A stretch of 64,000 bases of DNA from the human T2T-CHM13v2.0 reference genome, Homo sapiens: the NCBI RefSeq assembly GCF_009914755.1, contig NC_060930.1; one strand, 5' to 3'. Positions 13,838-27,990 of this stretch are shown here, piece by piece. The stretch's first letter is position 1. Each line of letters opens with the position of its first letter. A model generated the notes under the pieces. That model did not search any database and had not been told where the DNA came from. It saw only the letters and a list, made by a program, of their open reading frames with translations. Made by a program: the position numbers and the translations under genes.

Positions 13838-14348
13838 TCAAGCCCTAAAACTGTAGCATTCAACAAATAATCAGAAACTGCATAACACATCTTAAAAACT
13901 GGGTAATAATAAGACACCATAACTAGCAAAATTTGAAATTATTCAATGCTATAAAATCATAAGGAAGCAAATAGAATTTCATGTCAGGCAGCATTATAAT
14001 TGAGCTGTGAAGGCCATGTAAACTGGGATGGGAGACTAACTTTAAATATATGTATATAGAAAAATAATACTAAAAAATCAAAGGCATAACAGAATTAAGG
14101 GAAATGCTAAAATAATATTTATTCACAAGCCTCTCTAAAACAACTATTTTCATATTTCTGTACCCTTCTTAATTTTTACACACACATTCTATATATCATA
14201 ATGTAAATACAATTTAACATTTCTCAATTTAAATGCAAGTATTTCTTACATTTCTACAATGACGTAATTATAATTATTAAATGTTTTACAGTATCTCATT
14301 TAATGAAGCACCGTAATTTTTTTTTTACACATTCTCTTATACTGAATA

Positions 14349-14646
14349 CAGTTGGTCCACTGTATCTGTGGCTTCCCTATCCATGAATTCAACCAACTAT
14401 GGATAAAAAATATTCAGAAAAAAATAACAATACTATAAAAAATACAGTATGATAACTATTTACATAGCATTTATACTATATTAGGTATTGTAAGTAATCT
14501 ACAGATGATTCCAAGTATGAGAGAAGATGTCCACAGATTATATGCAAAAACTATGACATTTTATGTAAGTGACTTTAGCATCCATAGATTTTTGGTATCC
14601 CCAGGGGTTCTGGAACCAGTCCTCTATAGATAACAAGAGATAACTC
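14349..14646. mobile_element. Tigger/MER2-group non-autonomous DNA transposon
   Basis: TA|CAGTTGGTCC...GATAACTC|TA; tttacatagcatttat...ggtattgtaagtaatcta core. Confidence 0.75.
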
Positions 14647-15045
14647 TATTTATAGTGTTCTCTGTTCTCCCTTATAGATCATGCAAGAATAATTACTTTC
14701 ATAGCTAACTTTGTTTCTTAACATCATTCTTATTTTGGATTTAATTCTCTAGAGTGACGAAGATGGCTCAAAGGGTGAATGTTCTGATGATGACTGATCA
14801 TGATGATGATGATAATGAGCATGGTAGCATCTGTGCTGCACTTTGTATTTTTTGGGGTGCTATCACATACATTACCTCATTTGATCATTTAAAACACATG
14901 AACTTGAAAAATATTAAATGTCTGTCTAAATATACAAAGGAGAAAAAATATATAAACTCATCATTTAAAAAAGTATTTCCTTAGTTACATAATCTTGAAA
15001 TGGAAAGCCTTCCTAAACATGACATGAAAGAAATAAATCTCAAAA

Positions 15046-15216
15046 CAGGGATTCATAATATGGAATCAATGGATAAACCTTCAGGGAGTCTATGGACTAC
15101 TGAAATTACTATGGAAATGTGAGTGTGTTTATATAAGCATTTCTGGAAAGCAGATTCATAATTTTTATCAGGTTATCCATCGAAGGATTACATGAGTCAG
15201 AAAAGGTTAATAATTG
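15046..15216 (+). mobile_element. hAT-Charlie family MITE, degenerate
   Basis: cagggattcataa...cttcagggagtc...aaaaggttaataattg. Confidence 0.5.
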
Positions 15217-15292
15217 TCAACATTCTTATGGACCAATGAACAGATTTTGTAACATGAACATTTAAAGAGTCTTCATTAAAATAAAAAAACTT

Positions 15293-15552
15293 GCCAGGCA
15301 CAGTGTCTCATGCCTTAATCCTGGCACTCTGGGAGGCTGAGGTGGGAGGATCACTTGAGCCTAGGAGTTTGAGACCAGCCCTGGCAAGATAATGAGACCC
15401 TGTCTCTATAAAAAACTGAAAAATTAACCGGGCAGGGTACCATGTGCCTGTAGTTTCCAGCTACTGAGGAGGCTGAGGTGGGTGGGAGGATTGCTTGAGA
15501 CTGGAGGTCGAGGCTGCCACTGCATTCCAGTGAAGACTGGATGACAGAGCTA
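15293..15552 (+). mobile_element. AluJ-like
   Basis: Alu dimer, tail lost. Confidence 0.85.
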
Positions 15553-15849
15553 ATGTGATTTTTAAATCATATTTAAGACTTAAATATATAAATAAACTAC
15601 CACAACAAAAATTAAAAAGGAAATGATGTAATAGGGTTCTTCCATTTCTGACCAAAATGGAGTAGGGACTAGATTTACTCTGCTGCTTGAAACTACCAAA
15701 AAATGGACAAACTGTATAAAAGAAAAAAAAAAAACTGTCTTTGCAGACATGATTGTCTAGGTAGAGCTAAAGTGGAGTAAGGCAAGTGAGGCACACAGGC
15801 AGCAAAATTTAAGGAGGTTCTCACTCTGAGGTCCTGGCTCCATATCTGT

Positions 15850-18410
15850 GTAAAAATTCTAAATGGAATCTAAAAAAATAAGGCACTAGAATTGACTTTA
15901 GCAATGTTGTAGGATTGAGATCAAAACACAAAAATCATCTATATGTCTATATACAAGCAATTAAGAACCAAAAATTGAAATTAAAAAAAAAATGCCATTT
16001 ACTATGGCATAAAAAAAGTGACATACTTTGGGGAAAAAAAGGAGAAAGATGTGAAAGACCTGTATACTGAAAACTAAAAATACTGCTGAGAGAAACTGAC
16101 AAAGCAATTTGTCATTGTGTTCATGGGGTGGCATACTCAATATTGGTAAGATGTAAATTCTCCCCAAATGATCTGTAGATTCAATGCAGTCCCACTCAAA
16201 ATTCCAGCAGGTTATTTTTGGAGAAATTGTAAAATAAATTCTAAAATCGACATGGAAATGAATATTACCTAGAACAGCCAAAACAACTTTGAAAAAGAAA
16301 AGAATACCTGACTTCAAATCCTATAAAGCTACAGTAATCCACACAGTTTGCTACTGGCATAAAGATAAATAAACAGATCAACAGAATAGTATAGAGTGCC
16401 CAGGGTGTATAGACAAAGTATAAAGGCCATTCAGTGGAGAAAAGACAGTTTTTTCCAACAAATGGTGTTAGAATAGTTGGATATTCATATGTGAAAAAAA
16501 TGAACTTTGATCCATACTTTACAACATGTACAAAAGTAACTCAAAATGAACCACAGATCTAAATGTAAAACCCAAAGCTGTAAGACTTCTAGAAAAAAAC
16601 AGAGAACACCTTTGTGAGCTTGGGTTAGGCAAAGATTTCTTAGACACAACACTAAAATGCATAAAAGAACAAGCTGATAATTTGAACTTCATCAAAATCT
16701 CAAACTTCTGTTCTTTAAACTGTTAAGACAATTAGAAAACAAACCAGACTGGGGGGAAATACCTGCAAATCATATGCCTGATAAAATACTTGTATACACA
16801 AAACACAAAGAAATCTCAAAACTCAATAATCAGAAAACAAATAGGACAATTTAAAAAATGGAGAAAAGATTTGAAAAGACAATTTACTGAAGAAGCTATA
16901 TGGATGACAAATAAGCATGCAAAAAAAGGTGCTCAGTATCATTAGTCATTAGGGAAAAGCAAATTAAAACCACAATAAAATAGCACTGCATGTATATTAG
17001 AATGGCTAATATTCAAAAGATTGGACATTTCTTTTTTTAAATTTTTTTATTTATTTTTATTTTATTATTATTATACTTTAAGTTTTAGGGTACATGTGCA
17101 CAATGTACAGGTTAGTTACATATGTATACATGTGCCAGGCTGGTGTGCTGCACCCATTAACTCGTCATTTAGCATTAGGTATATCCCTAATGCTATCCCT
17201 CCCCCCTCCCCCCACCCCACAACAGGCCCCAGAGTGTGATGTTCCCCTTCCTGTGTCCATGTGTTCTCACTGTTCAATTCCCATCTATGAGTGAGAACAT
17301 GTGGTGTTTGGTTTTTTGTCCTTGCGATAGTTTGCTGAGAATGATGATTTCCAATCTCATCCATGTCCCTACAAAGAACATGAACTCATCATTTTTTATG
17401 GCTTCATAGTATTCCATGGTGTATATGTGCCACATTTTCTTAATCCAGTCTATCATTGTTGGACATTTGGGTTGGTTCCAAGTCTTTCCTATTGTGAATA
17501 GTGCCGCAATAAACATATGTGTGCATGTGTCTTTATAGCAGCATGATTTATAGTCCTTTGGGTATATACCCAGTAATGGGATGGCTGTGTCAAATGGTAT
17601 TTCTAGTTCTAGATCCCTGAGGAATTGCCACACTGACTTCCACAATGGTTGAACTAGTTTACAGTCCCACCAACAGTGTAAAAGTGTTCCTATTTCTCCA
17701 CATCCTCTCCAGCACCTGTTGTTTCCTGACTTTTTAATGATTGCCAAGATTGGCCATTTCAAAGTTGGCAAGTACACTGATATACTAATGGTGGGAATGT
17801 TAAATGTTAAACGGCACAATCACTTTAAAAAATAGTCTGGCAGCTTCTTAAGAAGTCAAACATACATCTGCAATATGATCCAGCCCTTCTGCTCCTAGAA
17901 ATTTGTCAAAGAGAAATGAAGCATATGTCCATACAAAGACTTGTATGTGAATATTTGGAGCAGCTTTATTTGTAATAGCTAAAACCTGGTTACAACCCCA
18001 ATGTCCATTGACAGGTGAATGGATAAACAAACTGTGGCATAGCCATACAATTAAACAACACCCAACAATATAAAGAATAAACTACTGATAAATGCTAAAA
18101 CACAGATTTATCAAAGTAATTATAAGTGAAAGGAGCCAGATAAAAAAAGAGTACATGGTATATACAGTTTCACTTATATACAATTCTGGAAAATGCAAAC
18201 TAATTTATAGTGGTTGCCTGGGATAAGGGTGAGGAAGGAACAGAACACAAAAGGGCACAAAGTAACTTTTGGGGATGAAATATGTTCATTATCTTGATTG
18301 AGGCAATAGTCTCCCAGGTTTATAAATGCCCAAACTTATCAGATAGTACATTTAAATAGTTCAGTTTATAATATGTCAATTATACCTCAATAAAGCCATT
18401 CACCAAAAAA
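15850..18410 (+). mobile_element. Old L1M ORF2 and 3' UTR (host element)
   Basis: Degenerate L1 ORF2 motifs; ends tatacctcaataaagcc...aaaaaa; ORF 15961-16317 is its antisense reading. Confidence 0.85.
17032..17745 (-). mobile_element. L1PA (L1PA3-like) 5'-truncated insertion, 714 bp
   Basis: ORF 17274-17819 contains the L1 ORF2p C-terminus ([20 protein letters not shown]...); 15-bp target-site duplication AAGATTGG(A/C)CATTTC at 17017-17031 and 17746-17760. Confidence 0.95.
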
Positions 18411-21400
18411 AGCAAATGACAAAATTGTAATGAAAGGGGTAATTAATCTTACTATGCAGAGTTCCCATGAAATCCATTAAAAATTAATAATCGAACAGAA
18501 AAATGGGCAAAGAACCATTAAAGAAAATTCACAAAAGAACTGTGTCCAATAAAAATATATTTAACTTCACTAAAAATTAATTAGTAATAAAAATGCAAAT
18601 TAGAAAGTGCCTTTTTTTTTTGCCTGTTTAACTGACCCATTGTACCTCAAGACATTATTTCCTGAGGAATGTAAGGGTAGTTAGTGTGTACTGAAGCACT
18701 ATCTAAATGTTGAAAAAGATATAACAGTATAATTGTGCAACAACAGTTGTTTAAACTATGGTGTATTCATTTAATGAAAGGGAATTTAGCCACTAAAATT
18801 ATGTATAGAAATGTAATTATCACAATGGAAAATTGCTCATATTATTCATTGGAAAAAATAATTTATAAAACAATATAGACAGTATATACAAAAGGACGAC
18901 CACTTTTTCAAGTTATAGGCCTTGGTTTCATGAACTATGAGTCTGAGATGATGCATATAAACAATATTAGGTATTTGATCTTTATATTCATGTACTATTT
19001 CATTCAGGCACTCTAAATGAAGACCAGCTCAATAATAATTGGTGTTCTCTCCCTGCTAGTGAGTACCAAAGGATATTATCAAGGGAGAGGACCTGCTTAC
19101 ACTCCACCCTTTTAGTGATGTGCATTCCTCAATACTAATTACTGTTTTTAAACAGAAGTGTAGCCATTTCTCTGTAGATTGTTGTGGATTTGACTATTAT
19201 TTTTCATTACACATTTTGAACTTTTCTCCAAAACAATCAGAACACTTATTACCCTCAACTATTCAAAGACTGCTTACAGAACAAGAGAAACTTTAAAGCT
19301 GTAAAAGAAAATAAGTGCTCCATGAACTGGAATTTGGAATGTTTAACATTAGTAGGTGGGTTTCAGGAATAAATAAATAAACAAATGCATATCATGTTTC
19401 ATGATCTTTGTCTTATTTGCTTTTTAAAATTGTCCTTTCAACATTTAATTGTGTTTTGCTGCTATGAATGGAAAATAAAACTGGGTTAATTATTTAATGA
19501 CATTTTTTAACTCCCTATATTTTCTCTGAGATTGTGTACCTACCAACCATGATTTCATTTTAATATGAGTGAGCGAACATGCATAGAAATGGCCCAGAAG
19601 CACATACACCTACGTAAGTAACAGTTACATAGGTTAGTAAGATTTCAGTATTTTTCATTTTACTCTTTTTGTCAAACTATTTTCTAAGTATTATAATATG
19701 CTAAACATGTATTATTTTTCTTTCTTAAAAATGACATTTTTAACTGGAAAAAAAAGTAACAAAAAGCAGAGCCTAATTATTTATCTCTTTATTTTTCCAG
19801 GTATTAATATGCCTTTCGGAAGGATTAAAATGGCCCAAATGGAAGCGGATAACACAAATAAATACAAACAATTATGAACACTTGTTTTTTTCATCTAAAG
19901 GAAATTTTCTATACAGAAGCCAACTGATTGGTATTCAAGGGGTCAAATTAAACACCCTATTTTATCTTTAACACCTTTAGTTCTGTGAAGGCAGCCACAA
20001 AAAAATCTGCAGAAATATTCATAAAGACTTAGTTTCTCAGATACTAGAAACAGAAGCCGTTCAGAAGTTCTTCTGCTCTTCCCCCTCCTCCAGCCTCCAC
20101 AAATACATACATCAACTTGTATCAGACTATATAGATTTCATTGTAAAATATTAATAGGATTTAATATATGACTTCTGATATTCCTTCAAGCTCTATGCTT
20201 TTAACATTTCAGGGGTTTCTAAAACACTTTGACATAGGCCACAGTTGGAGTATAATTTTGCAATTAAATAACTCTATTTCTTCATTTTGTCATTACTTTT
20301 TGTGTTAATTTAACTTTGCATATTTAAAATTTAGCTCTACTCTAACCTGGTATGTTTAAAACTCATAATTTTAACAGTCTCACTCCCATCTTTTCCTCAC
20401 TTTTTGAAGAGCTGTCATGTACCATGCACTAAGCAGATTCTGGGAATACAGACACTGGCCCCACTTGAGGTTTCGACCTTCTGAAGGAGAATAAATTACT
20501 GCAAGGTGCTAAGTGGTATAGCAGAGGAATGCACAGATGATGAGAGCACAGAGATGGCAACTACATTTGCTTAAAGAAATGTTATATCCATCAAAATCCT
20601 TCTAAATTTACTTCTAATAGGCTATCATTTGGGATTCAAAATTTTACAAAATTAAAAAATTCTTAAAATGTTTTTATGATGGAAAATCCTTTGATTTATA
20701 TAATAAGCTTGGTGCTTTTGTGTATGTTCTTGAGTTAAACAATTATGAAAAAATAATGTGGTTTTCTCAAGAGATTTTTATCTTTACAGGAGGAAGGACG
20801 GAGGAAATAAGATATTTTAATCCACTGCCCTTTGCATTTGAAGCAAATGCAAACTTTGCTATTATTACAATCTATGTACTTACATTATTGACTTTATAAT
20901 GAAGTGAACCTGGAATCACAACATATTCTTTCTCTTACATTATATTAACAATAAGGTTCCCCTTTGGTTCACCGTTTAATTCCTTTGTTCAAGACATTTC
21001 ATTATATATAGCCCTGTTACTTTATATGGTCATCTTACTGGATACCTAATTTCTTTAGCTATAAACTATTATATTTCCAGTTATAATATCATCCCTATAA
21101 GTTGGTAGTTCTACTTAGTTTCCCAGCATTTAGCAGTTATATAGCATTCTCCTTCTCTAACATCTGCAGTAAATGTTCAGTACTTATAATTTTTTTTTTT
21201 TTTTTGTATTTTATCTGGCCTGACTTGTTCCTCCTTCAGCTAATCTTGAGATACTGAGGTGATGGATCCAAGAAGTTCTATAGACTTAACACTTCAATTC
21301 TGGTAGCCTGTGTTTCAGGGCCTGTTAGCAATTTTGTATTTCCTTGACACACCTTGTAAGTCAATTAGAACTTTGAAGTATTACTAATAAAACTGTTCAA

Positions 21401-21675
21401 AATCTATAGAGTGATGTGTAGCAGATTCAAGTCTCACAGTCAACCAAATGAGACAGCATCTACCAGCATCTGGCAAATTGATTAGCTGGATATAAAAATT
21501 GAATCAACTATCTGCAAATTCCCTGCAGTACATGCTATTCTGCTCTTGTTGGTTCCTATTCCATTATCAATCATCACACAGAATGTTATCCAACTGAAAA
21601 TGTGTCATACATACCCTGCTACAGAGAATAGCTACAATTTCCCGACTGCAGCCTAGTTCATGAACTCTAATAACA

Positions 21676-23649
21676 CAGGCATTACTCAGAGATATGGCGG
21701 GTTTGGTTTCAGACTACTGCAATAAAGCATATATCTCAATAAAGAAAGTCATATGTTTTTAATTTTCTAGTGCTTATAAAAGTTATGTTTACACTATATT
21801 GTAGTCTATTAAGTGTAGCATTATGTCTAAAAAATCAATGCATTTACCTTAAAAACTATTTTATTGCTAAAAAATGCTAACAATCATCTATGTCTTCAGT
21901 TAATCATAATCTTTTTGCTGATGGAAGGTCTTGCTTTAATGTTAATAAAGGGTCTGCTGACTGATAAATGGGGTGGTTGCTGAAGGCTGGGGTGGCTGTG
22001 GCAATTTACACAACAATGAAATTTGCTGCACTGATTGGCTCTTACTTTCACAAAAGATTTCTCTGTAGCATGTGATGCTATTTGATAGCATTTTACCCAC
22101 AGAAATTGTGTCCTCTCAAACCTTGCCATTGCTCTACCAACTAAATATATGGAATTTCCTAAATCTTTGTTGTCATCTCAACAATGTTCACAGAGTCTTC
22201 ACCAGGAGTAGATTCTCTCAAGAATCTACTTTCTTTGCTCATCCATAAAAAACAACTCATCCATTCTAGTTTAATCATGAGATTGCAGTAATTCATTCAT
22301 ATCTTCAGGCTCTACTTCTAATTCTAGTTCTCTTGCTATTTTCACCAAATCTGCAGTCACTTCCTTCATTGAAGTCTTGAAGCCCTCAGAGTCATCCATG
22401 GGGGTTGGAATACACTTCTTCCAAACTTCTGTTAGTGTCCATATTTTGACCTCCTCTTATGAATCATGAATGTTCTTACTGGCATTTAGAAAGGTGAATC
22501 CTTTCCAGGTTTTCAAGGTACTTTGCCCAGCTTCATCAGAGGAATCACTATCTATGTCAGCTATGGACTTACGAAATGTATTTCTTAAATACTAAGACGT
22601 GAAAGTCAAAATTACTCCTTGATCCATGTCTTCTCCTCTTTAGCTATGAAACTACTGGAGGGCATCTTCCTCCATTAGAAAGCTGCTTCATCTCCATTGA
22701 AAATCTGTGGTTTACTGTAGCCACCTTCATCAATGATCTCAGCTAGATCTTCTGGATAACTTGCTACAGCTTCTAGATCATCACTTGTTGCTTCACCTTG
22801 CACTTTAATGTTATGGAGACGGTTACCTTCCTTAAACCTCATGAATGAGCCGCTGCTAGTTTCAAACTTTTCTCTTGCAGCTACCTCACCTCTCACAGCC
22901 TTCACAGACTTTAAGAGAGTTAGAGGCCTTGCTCTAGATTAGGCTCTGGCATAAGGGGGTACTGTGGCTGGTTTCATCTTTTATCCAGATCACTAAAACT
23001 TTGTCCATATCAGCAATAAGGCTGTTTTACTTTCCTGTCATTTGTGTGTTCACTGATGAAGAACTTTTACTTCGCATTCACAACTTGGCTAACTATACGG
23101 CACAAAAGTCTTAGCCTTTGCCCTATCTCAGCTTTCCCCATGCCTTCCTCACTGACCTCAATCACTTCTACCTTTTTATTTATAATGAGAAATGTACAAT
23201 TCTTCCTTTCACTTGAATACTTAAAAGGCCACTGCAGGGTTATTAACTGGCTTAATTTCAATACTGTGTCTCAGAGAATAGGGAGGCCTGAAGAGAGGGA
23301 GAGAAATGGGAGAACGGCTGGTGGGTGGGGCAGTCAGAACACTGAAAACATTTATCAATTAAGTTCGCCATCTTATATGGGTACAGTTTGTGGTGCCCCA
23401 AAGCAATTACAATGTAACATCAAAAAGCACTCACCGCAGATCACCATAACAGACATAATAATGAAAAGGTTTGAAATATTTTGAGAGCTACGAAAATGTG
23501 ACAGAGAGACACCAAGTGAGCACACAATGTTGGAAAAATGGCGCCCACAGACTGGCTTAACATAGAATTGCCACAAACCTTCAATTTGTAGAAAACGCAA
23601 TATCTATGAAGCACAATAAAGCAAACACCAGTAAAACGAGGTATGCCTG
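21676..23649 (-). mobile_element. Tigger1 DNA transposon, both ends present, internally deleted, transposase pseudogenised
   Basis: Terminal inverted repeats CAGGCAT...GAGGTATGCCTG|TA; ORFs 22675-22905 and 23067-23261 resemble Tigger1 transposase fragments (HNIKVQGEA...[14 protein letters not shown]). Confidence 0.92.
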
Positions 23650-24479
23650 TATTTATGCTTCATGCCTCATTTTATAGTTTCATTTTATCCTTTGATAAAA
23701 ATATTGATATAAAATAGAATATATGCTATTCTAATTTTACAAGCAGAACAAAACAAGTGCAGAAAGGTAAATTATTTGATCAGGGTCAAATACAGAGTGG
23801 TAGTATTTTGTCTAGAATGCCAGCGCTCTCTTACTCCAGTCTTTGTTGTTGTCTATTTTACATCATATCATTCATGCATTAGTGCAATTAAAAACACCAC
23901 TGTAAACATTAAAAAAAATGTCTTAAAGAGGAAGTCAGGGCTCTGGTTTATGCTCAAAACTATCAAGTTAAGTTTTCCATATGTCTTGAGTTCTTGAATG
24001 ATATAAACTTTCATATCAAAGTACCTATTATGTGAATAATATTAAAATAGGTACTTCAGCATATAACCAAGAAACAGGTAGTTTTGGCATGTCTTAAAAT
24101 GTGGCATTTCTATCTTTTAATTTCTCCTACCAGGCTAAAAATAAATATTTAAAATTCTGCCCTACTATTAGGTATATTTTAATGACATAATCTTGTATAA
24201 GTATGAGAATTATGTTATCTGAATGTGCTTTTGAACTATTCATAAGTATTACAAATGAATGCCATATAGAACGTAGAAAACAAATGTATTTCTACATTTG
24301 TAGATGTATCGTATGTACATCGTATTGCAAATGAATACATACAAATAGCTATCTCCAATATAGAAAACCACTACATCGTATCTATATTGTACAGAAAACT
24401 GTGGATATTAAATTTATTTCTACTAGACATTATCTGATTTCAAAAATATTGTAAAAGGAGTTATATTAAAATTTAATGA

Positions 24480-24765
<286 letters not shown>

Positions 24766-24770
24766 ATTAG

Positions 24771-25052
<282 letters not shown>

Positions 25053-25214
25053 TGAACTATTAATAATACTAGATAAGCAAACTTCCTTTCTTAAGGGGTT
25101 CTCCTAAATGTTGAAATTGAAAACCAACAACACATTTTACCATAGGAATATTTAGCTACTTTTTAAATTTACTTCATGATCAGGAAATGCAAAGACTAAA
25201 TAAGTGCCTAAGAC

Positions 25215-25470
25215 AGATAGCTTAATGCATTGAGAACATGGACTCTGGAGTCAGCTTAGACAAAATGGTGGCTTTACACCAACTGTGTTACTTTAGGAAA
25301 ATTATTGTTTTCTCTGTGCCTCCGTTTCATCATCTGCAAAATGAGGATAATAATGGGACCTACAATGAAGAGTTTTAGAAGGATGGTATGAGATAATATA
25401 TGTAAAATGCTCATAAGATTGGTAGACACAGTAAATGCTTGATAAATGTTAGCTACTACTACCACTGTTA
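25215..25470 (+). mobile_element. MIR
   Basis: ggactctggagtcag...tctctgtgcctccgtttcatcatctgcaaaatgaggataataa. Confidence 0.85.
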
Positions 25471-25987
25471 TTAGCCCCAAATTTACTGATGATGCCTCTC
25501 AGCATATATTTTTATAAAATTTAAGGAAAAAATGCTATTCTATAGGATTTGTAATTGTTAATGCCAACATTTATTCATTTATTGCATATTAGTAACATGC
25601 CAGGTACTATGTTAGACATATGGCATTCTAAATATCACACGCTTCTAGGCAATGAGCAACTTAAATAACAAATTTTATAGGAAACTAAAGGTACATGTTG
25701 CCCTGAACTCTGGTAAAGTGTGCCACAATATAAAAAATAAGTTTGTCAACAATGACAACGTAGGCTATCATTAATTAATATGAATTGTGTTAATAAAATC
25801 ATGTCAGTAGTAGAAACTGCTTTTTGGTTTAAATTTCTTTTAGAAATGTAATCAACTACTTAGGAAGTACAAAGGACTAGAAAAAAGAATGGTAATCTGA
25901 GTCTGATTCCTGTGTTTCATAACACAGCTCAACTTGACACACAATAGGTGCTTAATAAAGATTTGTCTTGTCTAAGATACTATGACT

Positions 25988-26084
25988 ATGTGTCCTCTGA
26001 ACCAGAGTTGATACTCTGTTATTAACTCTGGTTAATATACTCTGGTTAATAAACTCAGTATTAACTCTGGTTCAGAGGAGACAT
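25988..26084. repeat. Short near-perfect inverted repeat (hairpin)
   Basis: 25988-26015 pairs with 26057-26084 at 26 of 28 positions. Confidence 0.9.
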
Positions 26085-26399
26085 TGCCACCTAGCGAAAA
26101 ATCAGCCTCATTACCTAGAATTATCAGACAATGCTGAGAACTTCTCAAATTAGACTTGACTCCACTGACTTGACTCCACTGAAAACACTACATGCATATT
26201 TATTATGTGTCAGTATTCAGGGTAGGTACTAGTAGGAAAAAGATGAACAAGCTTCCATCTTTGCTTCTTACAACGTATAGAAAATACAAGGAAACCACAT
26301 ACTCCACAGAGAAACATAGAAAAAACTGTACTGTAGAAAAAACAAGGTTTGATTATTAGACATTTAGAAACTAGTATTTCAAGAAATTTGCTGAAAAGG

Positions 26400-26600
26400 A
26401 AATTTAGTGTAGCAAATAAGAGCATGGACTCCAGGAGCAAACTGCATTGATTTAAAGCCATGGCTCCTGTAAAGCGAGGATAACAGCCCCTATGTCATAA
26501 GATTATTGCAGAAACTTAAATATATGTAAGGTAAAATGCTTAAAACAGAACCAGGAACAAACAAAATGCTATGTAAGTATTTACTAAAATTATTATTAAA
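26400..26600 (+). mobile_element. MIR with internal deletion
   Basis: agagcatggactccagg...ctgtaaagcgaggataa...tatgtaagg. Confidence 0.6.
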
Positions 26601-27799
26601 TCTAGAACAATATCCTAGAGACTGAGGTGAATATTGATTAATAACAACACATTAACTGAAGTCTAGCTTCATAAATTTAATTCAGTAGAAGCCGTTTCTC
26701 TGACTAGTACTCTGTTATTATGGGAATCCTAAAAGTACATTATTTGTGGTACTCTGTGACTAAATTTTGTATTACTGGATGATTAACCCTTTCAACATCA
26801 GGCAAATAAAACTGCCTTCTGAAAGTAAAAATCATATTTCTTACCAAAAAAAGCAAAAAGTCAGTAGAATGAAAGACCCAAAAGACCACAACCTGAACAT
26901 ATGTTTACCAGGGAAAGATGCTTGCTAACTCTTCACAGATTTTGCTAGAACTGAAAGATGGATGATACATTTAGTTACCACTGTGGTCTCATTCACAACT
27001 TGTTTAGCTTATAAAAAAAAATAAGCTTGCTCCATTTTCCTGGAAAATTATCTGATAATTTTTTTTAAACACCACTTAAAAATCCCTTAAGTCTTTTGTG
27101 TTTTTTGAATTTTATACTATTAAAATATTTATGTAAAGCCATATGTAAACTTTATTTTCAACCAAAAAATTATGAGCAAAATATTCCTGTATTAAAAAAT
27201 AAAACATAAGACAAAACTCTAATAGGTTGGTAATAAATATTATACTTTTCTTATGGATCTATACCATTCACAAGAACTCTGCTCAATCTTAGATGGCTTA
27301 AGATTACTTAACTTCTTCCTAAGCTTCCTCTTTTTAAAAATAGCAACGAGTTGGGAAAATGTGTTGAAACATTTTTTAGTTTTAATTTGTTTGTAAAGGT
27401 GTGTTTGCATATCAAAAATTGTGTTTGTGATATATTGCACAAATAATTTAAATTTAATGTGTCTACTATTTGAATATTTAGATTTCTAAAATGCTCATGG
27501 AAATCCTTCCTCTTGCACATTAAGATAGTGTGGAAATAACATTATGTTTTTAATTTTATGCATTTATATTCTAATAAATTGACCTGGAAAGAAACATACT
27601 TTAATAAATAAAAGACTGACCAACAGAGTAAAAGAGAGGAGAAAAAACTCTTCAACTGCTTTCCATATAGAGATGCTTATTAGCATATTAAAACAGAAAT
27701 TCTTACATATAGTCAAGCATATATTGGTTGGATGGGCATAACAACCCATTTTATCTTTTGTTTCAATATTGTGCTTATCAATTTACCTAGTACTTTCAC

Positions 27800-27990
27800 A
27801 GTCATGGTCTCATAGTATCTTCACAAATACCTCTCTTAGGTAGGACAGGTATTAGTACTGTAGTACCTTTTCATAGATAAGAAAATGGAGCTTCAGGAAG
27901 GCAAGAAGCTTGTGCAAGGTCACTAGAGTAACAGAATGGAGCCTAAACCCCATTTTTTTAGACTCCTAAAATGCTTAGCTCTTTCTCCTA
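27800..27990 (-). mobile_element. MIR
   Basis: tttcatagataagaaaatggagctt...gcttgtgcaaggtcac. Confidence 0.65.

Noticed and set aside
17274-17819. 181-aa ORF with CWRGC motif
   Set aside because: C-terminus of L1 ORF2p in a 5'-truncated insert; its N-terminal part is flanking sequence read by chance.
19775-19810. Strong plus-strand acceptor TCTCTTTTATTTTTCCAG|GT
   Set aside because: Antisense to AHI1, with no partner donor or ORF identified; expected by chance in T-rich DNA.
21896-23600. Several ORFs suggesting a domesticated transposase (TIGD-like)
   Set aside because: Fragmented, frameshifted and internally deleted Tigger1; no long intact frame.
24245-24390. Recurring short motifs (ATCGTAT three times, CAAATGAAT twice)
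   Set aside because: Irregular spacing and low complexity; no array structure or interpretable function.
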